Positions 57,470 through 64,000 of a stretch of 64,000 nt of DNA are shown here, in pieces. Within the stretch, counting starts at the first letter, position 1; each line of letters begins with the position of its first letter. The notes beneath the pieces are model-generated. The model saw only the letters and a list, made by a program, of their open reading frames with translations. It was not told where the DNA came from and searched no databases. The stretch comes from Luminiphilus sp. (GTDB lineage: Bacteria > Pseudomonadota > Gammaproteobacteria > Pseudomonadales > Halieaceae): assembly GCA_965660865.1 (NCBI GenBank), contig CBFIBL010000029.1, positions 10,233 to 74,232 on the forward strand. The letters run 5' to 3'. A program made the position numbers and the translations under genes.

Positions 57470-59665
57470 TTAGCCGTCAGCAGGTATGACATTAATCGGT
57501 GAAGACCAAGCGCGCTCTTGAAGTGTTTTGGCTAAGTCAGGTCGAGGATCTACACCTGCTCGGATAGCGTCCCAGGTTGACCAACGGCAGGTTGGATTTT
57601 CAATCACGCGCGCGTAATAAAAGGCGCGAACGTTTGGATCAAACTCCGGATCTGACCAAAGCGCAGAGAGCTGAGCAGCGCCAGTCTCCGGGTTGATTAC
57701 GCAAGTCGTTATGTCTACTCGAGCACCATTGTCAGGACAGCGATTTGTCTCGGGATTAACAGCCGCACCGCCAGCACAAGCGACATCGATGACGTCTTCG
57801 TGCTTCTCGCCGTCCGCATCCACCCAGCCTTTAATCACCTGTAAGCGCTGCAAAGGAGCGCTCGATGGATCGGCAGAAGCCATGACGAGGAAATTCGGCG
57901 CACGCGAATCGGCAGCAGAGAGGGTTATGTCCCCACCCATAGTGATTCCTCGCTCGTAAGCTTGATCAATGCCATCTGCCGCATCCAGCATACTTGCGTC
58001 GAGGTCAGCGCCACCGAAGAAACGTACTTTTATGCGTGGCCCCGATGTTGCAAACACCTCTTTTCGTCTAAACGCTTCGTAAAGTGAGTCTCGGGTATTT
58101 TCTTCAGCCCACGCTGCAGCAAGGCCGGAAGCACCATAGGTCGGTGTTGCGCCGTTTATGTACACCTCACCATTTACCTTGGAATATGCGGCGCCACCTC
58201 GTGGTGACGGATTGGTAATCGAAAGAACGCGACTACCCCAATAAAAGGTTTGTGCGTCCAAGCCTGTGTAAGGAACCGAACCTCGCTGAACCGCCTCACT
58301 GGACAACAGCCCTAATTTGGAAACGTAGTTATCCTCTTCGATGGCTGCTGCGCCCGAGTGCGTATCGCTGGACCCAATAAAGCCAAACTTATACGGGTTG
58401 GTAATACCTGACCGCTCAAGGCTAAGTCCATTGAGCAACGCTTCACGAACGTAAGAGCCATTCACTGCGCTCAGTGCGTTTGTAGCAACCCGGTAGGGCA
58501 TGATCTCAAACCCTGCAAATTCATCTCGATTGGAGAGTAATGGATGGGTTTCTGATGTGCCCTTTACCTGTGTGATTTCAACCACAGGTTCATTCCGCAT
58601 CCGCTGCTCAGCATAGGCATCATCGAGCGGGTTTCCTGCCCAGTCCTCAAGCTTGAACATCTGACCGTTCGAGCCATTCGAGTTGTGAGGGATCGACATG
58701 CTCTCGACACCCATCTCCCGGAGCTCATCCATCCAATCCCATAAGTCTTCAGGATTCACCGAATGGAATCGAGAGAAAGGCTCACGCGGTAGTTTGACGC
58801 TGCCCTTAAAAATGACATTGCGATGCAAGTTACCCATGTCAAGCGTGGATGCTGTGTACTCGTAAGCAACGAAGGTCGTGAAGTTTCCGGGATCGTTAAA
58901 CTCATCGGCCGCATCGATAATGTCCTCCCATGCCGAGCGTATAACGCCCAAGACCTCGTCACGATCGATCTGACCCGATCGAACACCGGCTACAGCACTT
59001 GGCAGAAAACCCGCAAAGGTACTAAGACGACGCATCATGCTTACGAAATCAGTGTCGTAATTATCAGCATCGTTTAAACCGTGATAGGGCATGGCGAAAT
59101 CATTTTTGGAAAACTCTGTCATCGTCTCAGCAGAAGCTTTTGCGAGACCTAGGAACATCGCATGGTCAGTAACCGCGTAGAAGTCAAGCGGACGCGACAA
59201 CTGCATATCAAAACCACCCGGATTGGAGATAGCTTCCCCCTTAGCGAACCGATATGCATCGTAGGGAGTTGCCTGAGTTCCCATCGCATAGCCGTCAAAT
59301 GAATATTCCGTGTGAACATGAAGATCTCCGTAATAGGGAGAGCGATCGCCCGGAGAGTGAACGCTCGGTGTCTCCGCTTTACCGTTTTCGGAATTTTCAG
59401 AACCGTCGCGCTCTAGCAAAGCGGTATCGGACTCAAATACCTGAGCTGACCAATTACCATCGGGGTCTTGCTCGACCAGTAATCTGTCGATTTCTGCGGT
59501 GCTCTCTATGACACTCGGATCATTGTGCACGTCAGCCATCGCACTGAACGCCTCGCTCGATTGCTCGACAGGCTCGCCGCTACAAGCATTCAGCAAACCC
59601 AAAAAACCGCATGCAAATACAAGGGCACCAACGGCGCTAAATTTCGATTCACTACTCGATAACAT
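57470..59665 (-). CDS. DUF3604-domain protein (PHP-like metal-dependent hydrolase fold), probable lipoprotein
   Basis: Lipobox LLNAC. YYGDLHVHTEYSFDGY metal-binding motif typical of DUF3604. 731 aa. Confidence 0.7.
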   Translation of the reverse strand: MLSSSESKFSAVGALVFACGFLGLLNACSGEPVEQSSEAFSAMADVHNDPSVIESTAEIDRLLVEQDPDGNWSAQVFESDTALLERDGSENSENGKAETPSVHSPGDRSPYYGDLHVHTEYSFDGYAMGTQATPYDAYRFAKGEAISNPGGFDMQLSRPLDFYAVTDHAMFLGLAKASAETMTEFSKNDFAMPYHGLNDADNYDTDFVSMMRRLSTFAGFLPSAVAGVRSGQIDRDEVLGVIRSAWEDIIDAADEFNDPGNFTTFVAYEYTASTLDMGNLHRNVIFKGSVKLPREPFSRFHSVNPEDLWDWMDELREMGVESMSIPHNSNGSNGQMFKLEDWAGNPLDDAYAEQRMRNEPVVEITQVKGTSETHPLLSNRDEFAGFEIMPYRVATNALSAVNGSYVREALLNGLSLERSGITNPYKFGFIGSSDTHSGAAAIEEDNYVSKLGLLSSEAVQRGSVPYTGLDAQTFYWGSRVLSITNPSPRGGAAYSKVNGEVYINGATPTYGASGLAAAWAEENTRDSLYEAFRRKEVFATSGPRIKVRFFGGADLDASMLDAADGIDQAYERGITMGGDITLSAADSRAPNFLVMASADPSSAPLQRLQVIKGWVDADGEKHEDVIDVACAGGAAVNPETNRCPDNGARVDITTCVINPETGAAQLSALWSDPEFDPNVRAFYYARVIENPTCRWSTWDAIRAGVDPRPDLAKTLQERAWSSPINVIPADG

Positions 59666-59776
59666 GAGGGAAACCTTTTAAGTGTCATTATTGTTGCGGA
59701 TAGCATAAAGCAAATGCGAGGACACGCCACCTTGACTCCCGTAAAAGCGGCTAGCCTCTAACAGCAAAGCTCGGGG

Positions 59777-59804
59777 ACAGTCAGCCAAAAACAGTCAGCT
59801 AAAA
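59777..59804. repeat. 14-bp tandem repeat x2 (acagtcagcYaaaa)
   Basis: acagtcagccaaaa / acagtcagctaaaa, in the gap between the DUF3604 gene start and the PNPOx-like gene stop (same-strand genes). Confidence 0.85.
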
Positions 59805-59836
59805 AAGAACCTATCAAACAGAAGCAAGTCATCACC

Positions 59837-60388
59837 TCAGGGGTTGAGCGCCTTTTCCGACCAACCGCCTCCATCATGCATACTCAGTGTTCTGGTTTGC
59901 GTTTTTGCGAGAATAAGGTGGTCGACTGAAAAGGGCTCAAATCGGACCACCGCAAAGGTATCTGGTGGTGTTTCCGTTAGCGCAGGGGCCTCACCCGACC
60001 CCTCAGACATACCCGGTGACTTCCAAAAGAATTGTGCTCTCGCAGCATCGGAGAGTGATGTCCAAATACGCTCGCGCACGTCCAACCCATCGTCAGAAGC
60101 CGTACAAAGCTGAGTTTCACAACGCAACCGATACTGCTCTCGCGTATGTGTGAAATACCAGCCGATCTCTACGCGAGAGCTCAAGGCCAGCTCACTCACC
60201 TTCTGACTTCGCGTATCCGTGATAATAAAAAATGAGCGTTCATCCTCTGAAAATCCGCGGAACACAACCATGCGAACCCTCGGACTACCATCATCTGCAA
60301 GGGTCGCTAATTGAATATACCGGTTGTGCGCATCACGCCTATTTTTAGCAATCGATTTTTTAAGTCTCTCTAACCACGCGGGCTTCAT
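59837..60388 (-). CDS. Pyridoxamine 5'-phosphate oxidase-like FMN-binding family protein
   Basis: 183 aa. YIQLATL..DG.PRVRMVVFRGF....FFIITDTRS.K pattern of the Pyridox_oxase_2-type family. Confidence 0.6.
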   Translation of the reverse strand: MKPAWLERLKKSIAKNRRDAHNRYIQLATLADDGSPRVRMVVFRGFSEDERSFFIITDTRSQKVSELALSSRVEIGWYFTHTREQYRLRCETQLCTASDDGLDVRERIWTSLSDAARAQFFWKSPGMSEGSGEAPALTETPPDTFAVVRFEPFSVDHLILAKTQTRTLSMHDGGGWSEKALNP

Positions 60389-60525
60389 GCTTTTACACCT
60401 TGCACCTGTTTTGTTGAGACTTTAATCCGAAAACTCAGAAAGCCTAACCACTTATTGGCATTCAATGTGCTGACGAATGACTGTAAAGCCAAAGAATCAA
60501 ACCCCTCCCCTCTGCTCAGTGCTCT

Positions 60526-61911
60526 TCAGCTTTGCATGAACCCTAGGTCGGCTTCATTAAAGTTCGCAAGCGCTGGGAACGTCTCGGCTATCTGACTAGG
60601 CGTTAGGCCATACCACCGTGCGAGCGTTGCTGCGTACTGATCGACCGATGTCGTAGGAATAATCCTGCCCTCGCCAATATCATCATTACTCCCTATGGCA
60701 AGGTCCGGCATGGTGCCAAAGATACGCCCGCCCATAACAGCATCGCCTATGACCATTTGATGGCTACCCCAACCATGATCGGTCCCGTCACCATTACTGG
60801 TTAAGGTTCGACCAAAATCGCTGGCTGTAAAAGTGGTCACTCGGTCAGAGACGCCCAACTCAACCGTGGCGTCATAAAATGAGGTGAGCGCATGATTGAG
60901 TTCTCTCATCAAGACGGGATAACGATTGACCTGGTCACCGTGAGTATCGTAGTCCCCAATTCCTACGAAGAAAATTTGGCGGCTCATTCCAAGGGTTTCT
61001 CGCGCCGCAATAAGGTGTGCAATCATGCGAAGCATACCTGCCAGACGACTTCCCTGTTGGAATGCCGTCGCCGGCGCACTCGTGCTTTCAAGCGCAGCGC
61101 GCAACTTGACGCCAAGATCTATCGATCGCCGTTGTGTTCGCGCAAACTCAGTGGCAAAGAGATGGTTTTGTGACTGAGCAAGAATCGCATCATAGGCGCG
61201 ATTACGGTTAACAGACCACGCATCCGGGTTCCCGGGCTGCAACGACCAGTAATCAGTGACCCCCCCGGCACCGATTGCATAAGGCGCACTCAGCCCCCCC
61301 GACTGCAATGTATTGGACCCGCTCAAGGTGATGTTCATCGAGAGGTCTTGATTGGCGTTAGCGTCCATCATCATATCGGCGATACGACTTGCCCACCCTT
61401 GGCGATCCTGCCTTGACTGCAAACTCATCACAAAGTTTTGCTGATCGTTATGTGAGAACAGCTGCGGCGGTAATTCGACACGCTTATTGAGGTAATCTGA
61501 CTGTAACGTCGGCTCTATCAGAGTTCCGACATTACCGATCAACGATAACTTACCGGAATCAAAAAGCGACTTGAGGTTACTCAACTCCGGGTGAAGTCCG
61601 TAGTCAGCAGGTAAGCTATTGATCGCGTTAAGAGCCAGTAATTCATCGCGAGGCGTTGCTAAATTTCTTCGAGCGTCCGCGTATACGCTGTACTCGGCTT
61701 GTGATCGCGGTACGAGCATATTGAAGGCGTCATTACCGCCGTAAAGAAAAACGCATACCAGTGCCCGATAGTCATCTGTGCCCCCAACCTGAGCGTGTGC
61801 AAGATTAAACTGGGTTGATAAGGCTGAAAAACTTGAACACCCCAAAGCGGCCAAGGCCGACTGTTTAATGAAAGTGCGTCGATGTAGCGCAGTGCCTTTA
61901 AAACGTGCCAT
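60526..61911 (-). CDS. DUF1501-domain protein (sulfatase/alkaline-phosphatase-like fold) with Tat signal
   Basis: RRTFIKQSALAAL twin-arginine signal, FLYGGND.FN, DYDTHG, DHGWG segments. Confidence 0.75.
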   Translation of the reverse strand: MARFKGTALHRRTFIKQSALAALGCSSFSALSTQFNLAHAQVGGTDDYRALVCVFLYGGNDAFNMLVPRSQAEYSVYADARRNLATPRDELLALNAINSLPADYGLHPELSNLKSLFDSGKLSLIGNVGTLIEPTLQSDYLNKRVELPPQLFSHNDQQNFVMSLQSRQDRQGWASRIADMMMDANANQDLSMNITLSGSNTLQSGGLSAPYAIGAGGVTDYWSLQPGNPDAWSVNRNRAYDAILAQSQNHLFATEFARTQRRSIDLGVKLRAALESTSAPATAFQQGSRLAGMLRMIAHLIAARETLGMSRQIFFVGIGDYDTHGDQVNRYPVLMRELNHALTSFYDATVELGVSDRVTTFTASDFGRTLTSNGDGTDHGWGSHQMVIGDAVMGGRIFGTMPDLAIGSNDDIGEGRIIPTTSVDQYAATLARWYGLTPSQIAETFPALANFNEADLGFMQS

Positions 61912-61922
61912 ACCCTCTCTCC

Positions 61923-63752
61923 CTAGCGCTGTACCGCAAACTCTGGCGACATCCAGATGAGATAAGTCGCTTCTGCGACACGATACAAACGCTCCTGCTC
62001 GTTTTCTGCGTCAAATGGCTCGATATGCTCCAATAGAATATCGCGCACTTCGCGACTCATCTGGCCGCCCAACATCAGCACATCGAGGTGATTGATCAAC
62101 TCGTCAGCATCACGCGCGAGTTCAACTTCGTCCTCAAAGCGCGCAAACAAGCACCCAACCCCGGACTCGAAATTGAGCTCCTCTTCACAACCCTCACGCA
62201 GGAATTGGTAAGAATTAAAAATAATGGAACCTCCCCAATTTGAGGCGGCAGTAATATTTTTTTCTGTCAAAATTTGAAACTCTGGCGCGGCAATGTCGAC
62301 GCCACCGAATGCATTGGCCGGAGAAAAATCAGGGCGATAAAAATTAAAGACCGACGGTGAACCATAAGCACGTTGGCCGTAATCGTAACCAGGCCAGAAA
62401 AATCTCACCGTCTCCTCAAAAACATCGCCATCTTCGGTTAGGGGCTGATCAGCGCGGACATCAAATGCGCGCATAAGTGACGTAAATTTAAGGATGGGCT
62501 CTTTTAGCTTCCCGAATTGTATGTCGGCAAGGATATCGCTATCGCGGGCCTCTGCGTCGAGCAAAATGGCGCGGACAACAGCCTCCAGATCACCTTTAAC
62601 CCCATTCCCGTTATCATTGAAGACAGCGCTAATTCGGTCTATGTACTGGGGCGACGGGTTGCTTGTGACCAACCGCTGAATTAACTGCTTACTGACAAAA
62701 GGTGCGACATTGTCATGCGCGAAAATGTTATCGAGCGCCGCATCAAGATCCTGCTCGGCGGTCATCCCCGCCGGCAACACCACGTTATTCAGTACTGTTT
62801 TTGATTGCGTGTCATGGTAAGCCTCAAATGCTTTCATCGGTCCAATAGTATCCGCCTCATTCCAACCACCCCAATACCAGTTGGGCGCGTTGGCGTACAT
62901 CCAACCGGTGAAGACACTTGCAAAGCCTTTGATTATTTCCTGGTTGTAAGTCGGGATTGCATTACCATCACCGTCGAGCTTTCGGGAACCGTCAGCGTTT
63001 AACTCCACCAGGCCAATAGTAAATAACTGCATGAGCTCCCGGGCGTAATTTTCATCGGGGCGAATATTGCGTGCGACATCAGTTTTTTCATTCCTGATCA
63101 TGCTGAGATATTCACCCATCATCGGGTTCAAGGTCACAGCTTTCATCAAATCACGATAGTTTCCAAAAGCATGCTCCGCGAGTAAATCGTGGTAGTTCAT
63201 GATGCCGCGAGCGTCGTTAAACAAGGCATCGGATAAGTCTGAAATGACAAAAATTTGGCTCAGCGCAAAAGCGACTCTCTGTCGCAATTGGTCTTCGCCG
63301 CGAACAAAGGTATCCCACAGCACGTCACTAACAAGCATCCGCTTTTGCCACTCGACATCGAGATCACTCTTATCGAGTGGATCAAGTCCCGAATTCCGCA
63401 TGTGCGCATCGAGCCGCGTTAACAGCCGCGATTGTGGCACTGCCACTTGCTCATCAATCCAAGCTAAAAAATTCGCATCCTCCTCGAGGAGCGCCAACAG
63501 ACCGGCTTCGGTCGGTCCAAACGTGGCTTGCGTCAGGAACCGATGGACATCGAATGCCACGAGGTCTCCCGTCAAATCGCGTAGTTCGGGCGAGTCAAGC
63601 GTTGGCGGCGGTGTCGGAGTGCCGCCCGATAAGTCATTGCCATCCGCAGGGCTTATCTGCTCAGGGCTAGAGGATGCGCCCGATCCCCCACCCCCGCAGG
63701 CTACTAAGGTGGCTAACGCTGATGCTATTAAGGCACGCGGTAACTGCAACAT
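61923..63752 (-). CDS. DUF1800-domain protein, probable lipoprotein
   Basis: LVAC lipobox. YARELMQLFTIG segment is typical of DUF1800. Canonical DUF1800-DUF1501 gene pair (11-nt gap). Confidence 0.7.
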   Translation of the reverse strand: MLQLPRALIASALATLVACGGGGSGASSSPEQISPADGNDLSGGTPTPPPTLDSPELRDLTGDLVAFDVHRFLTQATFGPTEAGLLALLEEDANFLAWIDEQVAVPQSRLLTRLDAHMRNSGLDPLDKSDLDVEWQKRMLVSDVLWDTFVRGEDQLRQRVAFALSQIFVISDLSDALFNDARGIMNYHDLLAEHAFGNYRDLMKAVTLNPMMGEYLSMIRNEKTDVARNIRPDENYARELMQLFTIGLVELNADGSRKLDGDGNAIPTYNQEIIKGFASVFTGWMYANAPNWYWGGWNEADTIGPMKAFEAYHDTQSKTVLNNVVLPAGMTAEQDLDAALDNIFAHDNVAPFVSKQLIQRLVTSNPSPQYIDRISAVFNDNGNGVKGDLEAVVRAILLDAEARDSDILADIQFGKLKEPILKFTSLMRAFDVRADQPLTEDGDVFEETVRFFWPGYDYGQRAYGSPSVFNFYRPDFSPANAFGGVDIAAPEFQILTEKNITAASNWGGSIIFNSYQFLREGCEEELNFESGVGCLFARFEDEVELARDADELINHLDVLMLGGQMSREVRDILLEHIEPFDAENEQERLYRVAEATYLIWMSPEFAVQR

Positions 63753-63931
63753 AACTCCCCCGATAAACCCTCGTAATATAACCCTACGGATATTCGGATT
63801 CTTCGCAAGATTTTTCGCCTGAATCGGATACCAGACAGTCCAACTAGCGTTCAGGTTTAGCGCACAGCAATCATTCTAATGCATGAAAAACTCGAGCACG
63901 CTCTACCTCTTTTCATCGCTTGGAGGATTCG

Positions 63932-64000
63932 ATGCCTCGCCGCACCTATGAACGTGATGGACTGCACATTGAACGGGCCGAGGACGTCGATGAGCTGGTC
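63932..64000 (+). CDS. 5' end of an unidentified CDS running out of the window
   Basis: ATG at 63932 preceded by GGAGGA. Open through nt 64000 (MPRRTYERDGLHIERAEDVDELV...). Confidence 0.35.
   Translation, partial: MPRRTYERDGLHIERAEDVDELV

Overview
This is a 64-kb chromosomal segment with gammaproteobacterial core synteny: carA-carB-greA ... yhbY / rlmE-ftsH-folP-glmM-secG-tRNA-Leu(GAG) at about 28.4-41.6 kb. Metabolic and accessory blocks flank it. I call 57 protein-coding genes (two partial at the window edges), one tRNA, several intrinsic terminators and eight short tandem repeats. I see no rRNA, CRISPR array, transposase, integrase, phage gene or recognisable defence gene. The most unusual region is a 12-gene co-directional minus-strand cluster (975-12774). 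Its upstream half is a complete corrinoid-dependent, non-pyrrolysine MttB-family methyltransferase system: the methyltransferase, a B12-binding protein, DUF1638, a 101-aa protein, a pterin-binding methyl-corrinoid:THF methyltransferase and a [2Fe-2S]/ASKHA reductive activator. It runs directly into an uncharacterised module of a 2OG-oxygenase-like protein, an extended SDR, an FAH-family hydrolase, two SDRs and an MLE-type enolase-superfamily enzyme. I read this as a candidate undescribed quaternary-amine (betaine-type) catabolic pathway. Several of its proteins carry Arg/Gly-rich termini. Other blocks are listed below.
- A GbpA-like AA10 LPMO.
- A sulfotransferase-like gene plus a flavin-halogenase-like gene, divergent from a 994-aa TonB-dependent receptor, with an S9 peptidase downstream.
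- A seven-gene beta-oxidation-like operon with split MFE-2-type enzymes.
- NRAMP-pxpABC.
- A DUF1800-DUF1501-PNPOx-like-DUF3604 cluster.
All functional calls come from motif and family recognition by eye, since no searches could be run.
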